A stretch of 61,681 nt of DNA from Basidiobolus meristosporus CBS 931.73 (taxonomy: Eukaryota; Fungi; Basidiobolomycota). The DNA lies in NCBI GenBank assembly GCA_002104905.1, contig MCFE01000531.1, positions 1 to 61,681 on the forward strand, in the 5' to 3' direction. Shown piece by piece: positions 23,546 to 37,677 of the stretch. The notes beneath the pieces are model-generated. The model saw only the letters and a program-made list of their open reading frames with translations, had not been told where the DNA came from and made no database searches. Position numbers and translations under genes: made by a program. Each line of letters starts with the position of its first letter. Positions within the stretch are counted from its first letter, which is position 1.

Positions 23546-23904
23546 GCTTGTTGGGAGCAAGGACTGCCAGTTAGTTACTGGCCTACTTGCGCAGAAGTTT
23601 TGGGCTTAATTTTTTTTTCTTCTTTGGTTTGACCAATTTCACGAGTTTGTCAGCCCTTTTTGCATGTAAACTTGATCCAGTATTAAACAGCTACGAAGTG
23701 GATTTATGCCAAATGGTATAAACCCAGGTATCGATCATGATTTTCATATCAACCAATTGTTCATTTGAATGTCGATGATGCCAACGGGTAGCATGTAAAG
23801 ACGTGACTTGGTGGCCGATTCGCCCCACTTACCTGGTTTATTCCTTGTGCTTCTTTGCAACATAGATTCTTCAGTTTCCACACTCTTTACGGCCTCTTCA
23901 ACTG

Positions 23905-24930
<1,026 letters not shown>

Positions 24931-25069
24931 TCGACTAGTGGGTGAGAATCATGAAATCGCCGAGAATTCCCATCAAGATTATCAACGCAACGCTAGCTCT
25001 CTTCTCTGCAATAAACTCCACCTGTATTTTATTCATTGACTCTTCTATGTCTATTCTCTTTCATTGGGA

Positions 25070-28000
25070 TTATGACGAAAAACTCTGGGTGAATTTGTTG
25101 CCGCAGTATATACATTTATCGCATATGGACAGGATGGTCCAGACCAGACTTCCCTCGCTAATGGGCTTGTGTTGCGTGGAATTTGAGGTAAGATTGAGTG
25201 CCTTGATGTTGCATGCCGAGCAGGAGCGGATGTAAGGTGTTGCGGCGATTTGGAACGTGAGGGAGCATCTCTCTAAATGGTTGATCCAAGAACCAGGGTT
25301 ACTACAATTGGCATGCAGTAGACCAGCCAACCTGAACTTACCCCATCCATGCCCATTGGTGCATTTCACTTTTCTCAAGGAATCGAACGGGAGATGTAGC
25401 AGGTTAAGGACAACTGGATTGGTGCTGGGCACAGTATCGAGTCAATATGAAAAAGGATATCTTCATTACATGCTGGGCACTTCTCACGGAGCGTGGTGCC
25501 TTCCTCACTGTCGGATATCTTCACTTGCCCCAGAAACTCGTATATTTTTTGGATGTTGAGTGACATCGCGGCGTCTCCCGCGTAATTACGGAGTGCCCAG
25601 TCGCATGCCATTGACACGAACAGCTGATCTGAAGCTAGTAAGAGCAGGTTAATAAGCAACCAAAGTAACGCTCTTCAGCCAAACCCTACCAAGGATTACA
25701 AACTCGTTAGATTGTATGTAGCTCTTCATCAGAACGAGGACCTTTTCGAGATACCGCCGTTGAATGAAGAGAAAGCTCTCGTTAACAATGTTTCGGAGGT
25801 TAATGTCCTCACTACCGAAGGCCAGCGTCTAGCGAAGTCGAGAATTAGTCTTTCGGAGATTTCCACCAGGTCTTAGATGCGTACCTGGGCGATGTTCGAT
25901 ATGTTCCAGATGGCTCTATAAGAATTCAGCGTAGAGTTGTGATACAGTTCCTTTTTCCACTTGGTCAAAAACAGATCCTCTGAGAGACTAGAGAGATTTC
26001 CTGTGAGCTTATCCTCAAAGATGGTGAGCTGCCGCTAGAAGATATGTCACTTACTCTTCCGGGGTCGTGTCGTTCGAGGGTTCCTCATCGTAGCCAATGT
26101 ATTTTCGTAGTTTCATTAGTAATTCCGGATAAACTTCATTCTGCATGGAGTGGTCGTAGACCATAAATTGGAAAATATCCCAGTACAGATAGCCAGGCGA
26201 TGGAATCTCTTCAACTACGCCACAGTCTCGTCACTATGCGGCACAGTCACCTCTAGGTAAAATAAATCCCTTACCATGACCAGAGCTTCGATATCTGCTC
26301 CAAAGCTGAAGGACAGAGTCTGCCAGTTCGATTTTATCCGAATCCACCGAAGGACAGAAGCATAAATAGGAATTATCATATTGATCCGTCTTGTACTCCA
26401 TGTCCATAGGGGATGATAGTCTGTAAGGGACATTAGCCTCTTCCGCAAACCACTCATGCCGGTCCAGAATCTCCACTTACGTGTACGTGATCGCATAGAA
26501 ATACCCATTTGCAGAGGCGTCCACTCCAAAGACCCTCGCCACCATCGTCGAAGATTGCGAAGAACTAGTCTCCATATCAAGGAAAGATTTGTCTTCTTTA
26601 CAGTTATCGTCTAACGATGACGACAAAAACTGGCACTTCTCAGTGAACTTCTGAAGAATGATGCGAGATCTCGCTTCATTTTCAACCAGAGTCGAGTCCT
26701 GGTACGTGAGCACTCGGACTTTCCCGTCCATGGTGAAGACCGTTATATCCCGCTCCTCAGCATCCCATGACAAACCTAAATCTGCAGAGTTAGTGGAGCC
26801 CTTAAATCTAGCCTTTGATTTGAGCCAAACCTGAGATAGCCATTGCTGAAGGGATATGGTGAACGCTTAGTAGATTGGAAGATGGATCATCCTTCCTTAG
26901 CCATTGGCTCGGTGCTGACCAGATATATACACTGCTGCCTTTGCAAATCACTAGCTTGACACAATCAAAAGACTACTTGCTTTTAGCCATCTGCCGTAGC
27001 CTAGTTTCGATGTTGCGTATCAAAGATTCCTCTTACATGAATATTACTCCATTTCATTACAGTAACCAATCGGTAATCATTGGGGAGCAGTTCGTTCAGG
27101 AGTTCAACTTCAATGCCAAGGGCTGCATCTTGAACCGAAAGATCTCTCGAGATTTTAACCTTCCATGCCTTGACCCAGCCGTCGTTTCCTGCGGTGATTA
27201 ACATGCCCGTACCTAGATAGAATGTCAGAATCGACTGGATATTGTGCATTCACCAATATTGCCTGCCTACATTCATTATTGCTGATACTCTGCCAGGATG
27301 ACCACAAGATACTGCCAATCCAAGTATCGTGCGCCTTAAAAGATGTCAAATATTTTGCCGAATTTGTGTAGCTAGACGTAGTTAAATTAGCACAAAATTC
27401 GTAACCATGGCCATGGTAACGACATGAAAAAAAACCTCCAAAGTGTTATCCCTCCGGATTTACTCCCCAAAGCAATAATCGATGTACAAGGTACGCTGAA
27501 TTGAAAGGAGCAGCTCTTCGACCAAGACACCGCTAGTTGCGACATCCATGTAAGGATTAGCTGCTCTGTATGAACGATATATGCGTAGCTACCTGTGATT
27601 TCTACATCATCCGAGGTTTTCATCAGATCTGTCTGCTCTACTATCTTTTGTGAGACATCCTCGATCTTATACGATACAGAAGCGTAAGGATAAATATTTT
27701 TATGTCAGTTGAGTGCATTATGTCCACTTTACCATAGACCATTCTGAAGTTGCAGGATTTCCTCTCGGGGAAAACAAGGAGACTGTGTAGTTCGTAGAGA
27801 TTGCAGCTAATACACACCTTTTCGAGGGTAATGCAAAGTAATAAATATCCATAACGCCAAGCTTGTGCCATATATACATGTAGTTCAGTATTTACCCTTT
27901 TAAGGTAGAACAGCTGCTGGGTGACCAGGTAGCAGACCTGTACGAGCCTGGCATTACAGCAATAGGCTTCAAATCATCCACTACAAGCAATATAGATAAG

Positions 28001-28347
28001 TCGTAAAGCCTCAGACAAGGGAGGAGGGCGTATTAACCGAGATCGAGTCCTCTCTTCAACTTCAATTTATTCTCCGCATATTTCCCTGGTATCCCCGTGC
28101 GAAGCACTTTGCTTCGATTGCTTAAAGAAGCGCCTCTGAAGGTTGGTGTCTAGGAGATTCACAGATCACAGGATAAGTAACGAATGTTGATGCTTCAAAC
28201 GTTGAGCAGAGGGTTTTATAAATCCAGTAATACCAGTATGTGAATGGCCGAGTTCGTGGTTACAGCGATCTGATTGTCCTCTGACCATATTAAGGAGTTG
28301 GGTTGGTTTGGTCTAGAGTTGAATTCAATGATGTCGTCTATATGCAT
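25070..28347 (-). CDS. TFIIIC subunit (GTF3C4/Sfc9-like) WD/beta-propeller with C-terminal Zn finger (multi-exon)
   Basis: N-terminal LIWSEDNQIAVTT..IHIL, WD repeats (HDTWIGSILWS; LITAGNDGWVKAW), C-terminal CPAC..CTNGH.W..RCSLTF..CSAC..CIYCG.KF. Confidence 0.75.
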
Positions 28348-28738
28348 TCTTCAACGTTCGGGGTGGAAATCAAGCTAGAAGTTGGGACCAAACTCGAGAA
28401 ACAAAAAATCAAGCCAAGATAGGCAGTCATGAAATGGGTGTATAGGTATAAGATCACACCGCCAGCGAAATCATAATGCGATGGAAATGGCTTGAACGCA
28501 TACAATTTGCCAGCCTGGATTTACTCCAGCCTTCACATGGTTGGAGAAATGGAAATCCGTAATGCTGCGCGTAGGGAGGATAGTATGGCTCTGTTCCTAC
28601 CGTGGAAGGTCTTTATTGAAGTAAAAGATTAATCAAACACAGATGATGTATTAGAATCGGTCGTATTAGCACCTGGTACGATTAAAAACAAAAATACATG
28701 AACTAAAGGAAGATCGATTGGTCTCGCTTACAGCAGCA

Positions 28739-29752
28739 CTATAGAGACTTCTTGGTTTCTTTGCTGGTGATAGCAAATTGGGTTTGGACTGGTGAAGATG
28801 GTCGTTGTTTGTTGAGAGCTTCAGCGCGCTTAACATATGCTTCGAGCCCGATTCCAGCAAATACCAACGCTACCCCAATCCACTGTCCTGAGGAGAAATG
28901 GTGGTTGAACCAAAACACCGATAGAAGCATAGTGAACATCTTGCGGGTAACGGTAACTGTAACTAGGGAGAGGGATCCGTAGCTTTCTAATACATAGAAG
29001 ATGAAGCATTGCCCGACAGCCCCACAGATAGAGAAGGTCAGTATGTCTTTGATAACCCCGGGATATGAGGAGCAGAACTGAAGAGCCTCCGATAGCTCAG
29101 AATTCCAAGGGTTTAAAAGCCAAAGGAACATCAGCCCAGAGCCGATCAGATTCATGAAAAACATCATTTGCTGGCCATTCACTTTGTACTTGCGGAATAT
29201 TTGGTCTTGAGTGGAATTGGTAGCGCCATCCATTAAAAGATTGATAGTCAACAGGAATAGACCGTAAAGGCTGTTGACTGTACCAGAGGCTTTCTTCACT
29301 GGTTGAAGAAGCATGAACGCAGAAACACCCAACGTCACCAGGAACACAGTTACGTACTTGTACAATGGGAATTTCCGACGATACAACACAACATTCATCA
29401 GCATTACAGGTACCAGCTTGCAAGATTTTCCTAATATCAAAGTAGGATAGTCTATGTGCTTCAACGAGGCGTAGCCGAAAGGTGAAGCTAATACGTTGGT
29501 GACAGCTACTTGAGCGTAATTCTTCAGCAACTCCCAGCTCGGATTTCCAAGATCACGGCGATTGAATTTAAGATAAAGGTACGCCACACAAGAAGCGGCG
29601 AGACTTTGAACAGCATTAAGGAAAATAAAGTAGCGGAACTTTTGCCCCTCTCCGTAGGTGGTTGTCGAGACCCGCTCTTGTAAGACACCCCAGGTTAAAA
29701 AACAGGCGTATATTCCCAAGACACAGAGGCCAAGTCGTAACATTCTGGGCAA
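28739..29752 (-). CDS. HUT1: UDP-galactose transporter family (SLC35B1-like)
   Basis: GIYACFLTWGVLQER, LKHIDYPTLILGKSCKLVPVM, DGATNSTQD, TVTVTRKMFTMLLSV. Intronless. Confidence 0.93.
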   Translation of the reverse strand: MPRMLRLGLCVLGIYACFLTWGVLQERVSTTTYGEGQKFRYFIFLNAVQSLAASCVAYLYLKFNRRDLGNPSWELLKNYAQVAVTNVLASPFGYASLKHIDYPTLILGKSCKLVPVMLMNVVLYRRKFPLYKYVTVFLVTLGVSAFMLLQPVKKASGTVNSLYGLFLLTINLLMDGATNSTQDQIFRKYKVNGQQMMFFMNLIGSGLMFLWLLNPWNSELSEALQFCSSYPGVIKDILTFSICGAVGQCFIFYVLESYGSLSLVTVTVTRKMFTMLLSVFWFNHHFSSGQWIGVALVFAGIGLEAYVKRAEALNKQRPSSPVQTQFAITSKETKKSL

Positions 29753-30104
29753 TTAACTCTAGAAACAGTCGGTGAGTAGCTGTCCTATATACCTATTGAA
29801 GGGGTACTCCTAAATGTACAATTCACCTAATTAGCCAAATAGAATGTGACAACAAATTCTGAACTCTGTCAGAAAAAACAAGCAATGGTGATTTGTCCGA
29901 AACAGGCACCTGCGATTGCTTTTGATCTGATTCGCTACTGGTGGCGGAAGCTTGTTAAATAGAAAGATCTACATGTGTGGTGCAATATCCTGCACATCAG
30001 CATATCTATACTAATGAAGGCCTTGTATCTCCAGTTGCTGATGTTTATTGAGTCACGTATATTCATCAACAAATGAGATGCATCTATGGTTGCGATTTGG
30101 GTTC

Positions 30105-31433
30105 CTAGGTCACTAGGCTCTGAAATTGTGTGTACTGTTCTGGGTATTTGGGCAGGAGAATTCGCCCAACGTTGTTCATGGTCCGTGCTTTCGTTTGCTC
30201 TCTGTTGTTGTACGCTATGACACGCTTGCTTAGTTTCCAGTGAGCAACCAAAATGCCATGAGACTTACCTTTGACGTTCGCGATGAGTAATGTAAACTAT
30301 CAATAGCGGCGGTTAGTTCCCCGGTTGAAATGCGAACAATTATTAATAAACCCCGTATTACCTCGTCATAGCTAAGAATGCGCCTTGCTTTTCGAAAGAA
30401 ATCTTTCCCATTAACTGGGCCAGATATGCGTGTATTATCAGCCTCATTGGATCCCAGATTAGACGTTTCGAAGCGAACAGAATGTGATTGTCTTGACTGT
30501 CCAGAATTGGAGGCTCTGCCTCTAGACAAGCGGTTGCTGTCGTTGATCAAGGTTAGCCTTGGCCCGAGCAAGTTGTACGTGACCATGCTAATATATCCAT
30601 ACCTGTTGTTATCATTCGAGGAGGATATATTGATTGGCGATGAATCTGGAATATCGACATAGTATTATCGCTCCAAGGAAGTAATGGTCAACATATACAT
30701 ATATGGTCTACCAAGTACCTTGAACATCTAATCCAGATAGCTGATGCTAGGCCGTTCGTGGTAGACAAAAAAGAGATTAGTTGAGAGATTGGTGGAAGCA
30801 GCTGGGCTCTGCAAGTACCGATAATTCCTCTTGAAGGTCACTTAGTGTCCCTGGTTCGATTTCATTGACCTAAGTTTTACCGGTTCATCCGTAAAGGTTG
30901 GTAAGGCTCAGCAGATATCATGATGGGTAACAAGACGGCAATGCTTCTCCTACTCTATCTAATGGCTCTAACCCCCCATCGTTCGCCAGCTGTTGCACCA
31001 AGTTTTGCCTGAAAGAATTGAGCTTGGATACCATCCTTTCTAATTCCCGGTTTCTCTTTTCACTAAAAGCTACCGCAAAGTGTTAGGGTTCCTCACATAG
31101 CATTAGGACTAGAGAAGGCAACCTTCTTTGCAATTCTGCTTCCACTTGAGTAAAACGAACTCTTAATTCTAACGTGCAATTGCCATTTAAGGAAGGTCGG
31201 CTGGTGAGAAACACAGGTCACAATGACACGAACCTTGTAGAGCAACGTCCTTCCTACCACATTCTTGACTTAAATACCGGATCTCGGTTTCCAACGTATC
31301 TATCTAGTGGTACAGGCTCAGTCAAAAATGGAACGGCCTTTCATAGTCCAGAGCCTATCTTTACCTTTTTGTAATAGGCATCTTTGACATGTCGCAGGCC
31401 TTTCTCAAAATCCTGATCCAAGTTAGACTGCAT
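30105..31433 (-). CDS. Coiled-coil protein resembling the At4g15545-like family (multi-exon)
   Basis: Manually spliced: LERMVSKLNSFRQNLVQQLAND..NGKDFFRKARRILSYDEFTLLIANVKAYNNREQTKARTM..Y.QFQSLV*. Confidence 0.65.
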
Positions 31434-31755
31434 CAGTAGACGCCGGACTAAGCGGGACTATACTGGAAGGATTGCTTTATGACATAGATACTGCCTCATC
31501 CGATGATATATGCGTAGCTGATTGCAACTGAAACTGGGCCTATAGAATGGCGGAGACTGACAAATAAGCAGTAAAGTCGGATGGGATACAATGGGATGCA
31601 AATAAATTTATTACTGAACAGGCTGATTCTATCGTTTATGTTTGACTATATATAACTTAGACTCTGGTTGAGACGAACAATGGGAAGTGCTTCGCAGGGC
31701 TGGTTACAAACATAGAAGGATACCACAATAAAATAAACAAAATCTAAAATATCAA

Positions 31756-33840
31756 TTAATTGTTGCTCTTCTTCTTTCTATTCTTCTTCTGGCTTGGCTT
31801 TTCGTAAACCTCCTCAGGAGCCAACAGGTTAGCATCACTGACGTTGACCGGGGTAACCTCCTCCATGGAGATAGCCGGTGCATCACTAATAACAGTGATT
31901 TCGGCCTTGGGCTGGAATTTAACAGTAAGCAACGGGTCGAGCAGAGAGAAATCTAGAGTGCCTCTTACCATTTTAGGAGTGAAGTGGAAGTTGGAGAGAG
32001 AATCGAGCTTATGGCAAAGGTCCTTGAACATTTCATCAATCTCGTCGTGGGTCTTCTTCAGTGCCTCGTCCTTCTCGTTGACAACATGGCCAGTGGTCTG
32101 CTTAACATACTCTTCCTCATACAACTCACTGAGTGATTTCTTGCTCTTTTCATCATTGAGCTCAACCATCTTCGAGGGCTTGAAGGCTGGGAGGTTGGGG
32201 TCCTTCTTGCGTTGAACGTCGTCGAAAAGATTGTCGATGATACGGCGCTTGATCATGTCCTCCAGGGTTTCGGTGACCTCTTGGGTAATGACCGGAGCAG
32301 GCTAACAATGGCACTGGAAGTCAGGCAGCTAGGACTTACACATATCGAAGACGTGAAATTACCTTGGAAGCGTGGTCGAATTCCAAGTCCTCCTCCAACA
32401 AACTGTTCATGGGTCTTGTCTTCACTGAAGCCTACATTGGGGAAATGGTTGGCATTGCATTGATCGGAAACCTCGTAACTTCACCGTATCGTACCTCACC
32501 CTTAAGGGTCCAGTCCTTGTCGGCAACATTCTCCTCTTCCAGCTGGGAAATTGTTTCTTGGATTTTTCTTTGGTGCTTCTCGAACGACGAGAGCTTTTCA
32601 CCATCTAACAACATATAAGAAATAAGTAAAGGCGTTGATGGACCCTCGAATGTGTTTCTGCCAACCTTCGCTGTTGTCTTCATCGTCATCTTGTTCAAAA
32701 AGATCCCTGGTATTGGTCTCAGCCTCTTCTTCATCCTGCTCACCACCCTCTTTAGCATCATCATTTCCGGCAAACCGAACCTTCTTTTTGTCGTTAGAAG
32801 CGCTAGCCTTTGATGGGCGCTTCTTGCCATCTTTGAAGAATTCGCCATATGTAATGTCTACAAAGCAAGGTTACAATGCAATCCTTAAGAGAAGAGTGCC
32901 ATGGGGGCTCACCATTAGCGTTTGTTCCTTCCTCTTCCGAGTCACTCAGCTCATCGGGGTCTAAAAGTACCAATTAGTATGGGAAAGTCCTGACGTAACC
33001 AATGATCTCAATCTAACCGGCAAAGTAATCGATTTCGTCCTCTTCGTCGCTGTTCTCCTGGAGCTCCATCTCTTCGGCTTTTTCCGTGAAAGCCTCCATT
33101 TGAGAGAGTGAGAAGAACTCATCATCAATTTCTGAGCGCTCACTAACATACATAGAGCTCAGTCAAGTCGGATCAAGTAGAAGTGACATGTATAAGAGCA
33201 CATACGGATCTATGTTATCATCCGCCGAGTTATCATTCTCCTCAGCCGAATCCTCTTCCTCCAGATCTTCTTCCGCTTCTTCCTCCTCCTCCTCCTCTAC
33301 TTCTTGATTAGCCGCCTCGTCTTCATCGACCTTTAAACATTGATGGTTAGATCACTTCCATAATTGTGTACCAAATTTCCGGAACTTACACTCATGTCCT
33401 CATCTTCGGAAACCTCGGGAACTTGGGCGTCAGAATCGGCCATATCTGAGCCCTCGGAATCCGAGATGGCTTGATCTTGCTCAGTTTGCAATTCCTCAAG
33501 CTGGGTATCTACGTATTCAAGCAATGGTTGGTTCTGTAACTGGATTTCTTCCCAAATCTGCTCATAATCGAAGCCCTCGGTAAGGAGCTCGGGGATTGGA
33601 CCAAGAGGCAAGGGCTCATGCTTTTTAGCTATATTGGTGCCGAAGTTTAGTACTCGCCGTGGCGAAGGTTGGTTTATACGGAATGAAAAGCACACCTGTA
33701 TCATAGAGATTCTTCACTACGACGGTGACTTTGGAAGCGACCTCGGGGTTCTGAGAGATGAATATTTCCGGTTTGTCGACGACCTCTTTAACGAAGCTGA
33801 GTAGCAGCTCTTCTGAGGGATTTTTCAAAGACTCAGTCAT
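31756..33840 (-). CDS. MPP10: U3 snoRNP/SSU processome protein Mpp10 (multi-exon)
   Basis: GFDYEQIWEEIQLQN, acidic middle, KDWTLKGEV, IKRRI...FDDVQRK, KLDSLSNFHFTPK, LLAPEEVY. Confidence 0.93.
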
Positions 33841-34143
33841 TATCAACTATTCAAATGCTAACACTGACGAACTGGACGTACTAACTGTTATCAGTCAAAA
33901 ATCCCAGTACGTTCGTCAGAAAAAAAATAAAAAAACTTAAGAAATGCGTGAAGCCCAGTTGATTGATTTTTTTTACTTCAGATCAATCGTTGGTTTTGTG
34001 AAGTGGGTTTGTGGTACTGGGTTATTCGATGGTTCGATGGCTCCATGAAGGCCATAGCTGATTGGATTTCCGTTGGGTGAATCATGAACTGATATGGTTA
34101 GCATACCAGTCTCACAACACCTGAACTCCTTCATTTTCTAAGC

Positions 34144-36386
34144 ATGCCCTCAACAGAGGAAAATTCAGGTTTGGCACAGCGCAAAGGCGCTGGCAGTTCC
34201 AAGAAGGATGCCGTTTCTGAAGGGAACCAACAAAACGCTACCGGGAATGCGCAACAACAACAACAGCAGCAACCCCAACCTACATTCTGGGAAGCACTGA
34301 GAGGTTCTTTACCACAGATGGTGATCATGTACTTCGTCTTTAGCTACTTTACTGGTGCGTTTTACAGCTGTATCGTTGCTTTGAAGGACGCTTCTAAATG
34401 TTACGTACTTTCTATCAGGAAGTTTCAAAAATTCGACCACCACTACCACCACTACTTCAAAGTACGACTTTCCAGAGTCTGAGCATCATACTACTCCAAA
34501 CGCCATGCCACTCTGGGAGTTTGGAACTATGATGGTATTGTAGTGAATAGTCTCGTGGCTGTATCCGCAAACTTAACTGACCTATATTCTGGCAGGATCT
34601 GTATGTTTACACTTCTGAGTCGGAGGAATTCTCCTCGTTCGATGATCCCTCGGCGCTAGCTTGGAAAACTTCTTCCATCGAATTCGGTCAATGGGACGAA
34701 AGACACACGAAAGTATCCATCCCCGCCACGCCCGTAAGTTGCTCCTCGCTGCCTCTCATTCGTTGAAGCCCTGCTGCTCACATTTGCCCTCATTATTTCA
34801 ACAGACCATTCAACATAATGGAACACTTTATGCACACGTTTACCTTACACACCATCTCACCTCACCCAACCCCAACGATTCCACATTCAATGAAACGATG
34901 TGTACTCATTTAAGATATCGTAAGTACTCTTAACATATGCAAGTTCAAGCCCCCTGTATTGACCCGCTTTTAGCACTTACTCACTATCGCAAGAAGCAGG
35001 CCGCGGTCAAGAAAAAGAAATTGCTAGGTGGGTCTCACGAAGAGGAGAAGGAAGAGGAACAGGAGCCTCTAGTTGACGAGTCGAAGCAAGGCCCGCAGAT
35101 CGTGTCGTATTGGTTTGGAAACCTTACTCTGAATCTGGTTAACGAGCAAAACCTCATCCCCTTGGCGCAATTGCCTGAGCCCATGAAGCAACGTACGTAC
35201 AATTCCAGTGCCTTGGGTGGAGTGCACCTTGGCTTATTTTTGTTAATCGAACCTAGACATGATCTTGAGGCCGGGGCCCAAAAACGTTCCAGGGTCCATG
35301 GACCAGTATTACCCCATCATTTTCGCCAACAACTTTTGGATGCTGAGCGACCACCTCTCCTTGATTAACGACACCGTGAGGTAAGTGGCATTGTAGCGCC
35401 TCGAAGTTTCGCGGCTAAACGTATTCTACTCCAGCGAGCTTCCTTTGGACATCACTTTCTACCCGCTCACCACGTACAAGTTCCAAATGTACACCATGCT
35501 CAACGACAGCTTCACCAAGGGCTCCATGATGGGCTCCGGCCCTAACGAAACCGATGAATTCAAACGGATGCTCATTGAAACCAACCCTTGGCTGCTGGGC
35601 ATCACCGCCTGCGTTTCGGTCCTGCATAGCATCTTCGATTTCCTTGCTTTCAAGAACGACATCGCCTTCTGGAAAGACAAGAAAGATGTCGCCGGGATCT
35701 CCATCCGCACCATCATCCTCAACTTCGTATTCCAGGTGATCATCTTCCTTTACCTTCTCGATAACCAGGAGAACACCAGTTGGATGATTCTCCTTAGTTC
35801 TGGCGTGGGCCTGCTCATCGAAGCTTGGAAGATCAAGAAGGCCGTCAATGTCACGGTCACCCAGGTGGAGGGCGGTTGGATTCCTTGGAAAGTCACCTTC
35901 GAAGATAAAGAATCTTACACCGAATCGAAGACCAAAGAATACGATCAGATGGCGTTCACCTACCTTTCGTACGTCGCGTATCCATTGTTGTTCTGCTACG
36001 CCATCTACACGCTGATCTACGAAACTCACCGTGGCTGGTACTCCTGGGTCCTCGGAACTGCCGTTGGATTCGTTTACACCTTTGGCTTCATCGCCATGAC
36101 CCCTCAGCTGTTCATCAACTACAAGCTCAAGTCGGTCGCCCACATGCCATGGAAGGCATTCATGTACAAGGCGCTCAACACGTTCATCGATGACCTGTTC
36201 GCCTTCGTCATCAAAATGCCAACCCTTCATCGTCTTGCCTGTCTCCGTGACGATGTGATCTTCTTTGTCTATCTGTACCAACGCTGGATCTATCCCGTCG
36301 ACCAGACTCGTGTGAACGAGTTCGGCCAAGTCGGCGAGGAGGAGAGCGAGAACAAACAGGTAGCCGAATCGAAGAAGGAAAAATAA
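34144..36386 (+). CDS. CLPTM1-family membrane protein (multi-exon)
   Basis: IETNPWLLGIT..HSIFDFLAFKNDIAFWK, MTPQLFINYKLKSVAHMPWKAFMYKALNTFIDDLFAFVIKMPTLHRLACLRDD. Confidence 0.95.
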
Positions 36387-36494
36387 GCACCAGAGGGCGT
36401 TGCTCGGTTCTATTTATTTTATTCTAAAATTCATCATTGCTGACTATGTAGTGGGAAATTATAAATACATAATAAACTTGTTGCTTAGAATTTG

Positions 36495-37424
36495 CTATTC
36501 ACCTCCCTGTGCCTCACCACTCCGACTCCCACCCCCGCCTTCATCGCCGTCCTCCTCTTCGTCCTCAAGATCCACCCCACTACTCAAGCCTTGGATGGTA
36601 GGCTTGAGCAGGTATTTTGCGTATTCTTGTAGTAAAATCCCTGTGGGCCTGATTAATATGTGCTTTATGACAAACCAGGCATCGAACATACCAGTGGCGA
36701 TCAGGCCAGAGCCATGTATGGTCTTGAAAACTGGTGGGCACGGTCGAACCTCAGTGAAGTAGTATGATACGTAGCGATGATACGCCTGCAGAAATTCCTG
36801 CGAGGTGTGCTTAGTCGAGGTTACATAAAGTGAACGCAGAAGGATTCCATCAAGCCTACCGAGCGTGGCAACGGGTCGTCAGTTTCTCCGGAGGCTAATT
36901 CTTTTTGTGAATAAGAGCGATGATCGTGTGAGTTAGGACTCTTCCGAAAAAACTGGCAAAACACTCTTACCATCTGACAAGCGACTTGGCAATTGGGAGG
37001 ACTCGGCAAGTAGACGTCTCTCTAAAGGGGTATAGGGAAAAGTCGATGTTCAGCTACTGGTGGAAACCAGGTATCGAGGGCTCAAACTCGTCCACTCACT
37101 TGCTATACTACTCTTCCATAAAGAACTCTGGGGGACAATCGAGGCTAGATTGTAGCCATAAAATGCTTGAATGTCAGGTTCAACATTTTTCCGCTTGTTA
37201 ACTCGAATGTTCGGGGATTTCGAGCTTTCAAGCACCTTCCCTTTTGTTTTGTAATTGTTGAGTCGATACTTTCGATACAAAGGATCCATAGCATTGTACA
37301 CAGACCACCGTTGCGAGTATATGCAAGGTTTACCAGAGGCTATACACGTTGCACAGGACGGGAGGGACCTGCTACAGTACTTTCTCCCCTTTGTACAATG
37401 GAAGCAGGCCTTGGGGGATAGCAT
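36495..37424 (-). CDS. Zn(II)2Cys6 binuclear-cluster transcription factor (probably three introns)
   Basis: CFHCTKGRKYCSRSLPSCATCIASGKPC (Cx2Cx6Cx5Cx2Cx6C). Donors GTGAGT, GTAAGA and GTAGGC link it to the acidic C-terminal ORF at 36495-36689. Confidence 0.7.
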
Positions 37425-37677
37425 GGTAGAAGAGGCGTAGCTGATTCAGTTAAACGTATTCCAACGATTCTAAACTTCGAAAGTATCCATATTTATTGAA
37501 GATTGAGGAAAAATCAGCGCGGCCAAAGGTCGGTGATTTTTGCTCAACATTTTGTATCGTATTGCAAGTCCAATATCAATTCAAAATCACCATTGATTAG
37601 GTTTCAACAAGCCGATCTATTATAAGTTATTTTAGCAGGTCGCGTCTCTTGGTTCACGAGTACGTTACTTAAACACC

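Noticed and set aside
28739-29752. Intronless HUT1 as a possible retrogene
   Set aside because: No poly(A) remnant or target-site duplication, and large exons occur in neighbouring genes too.
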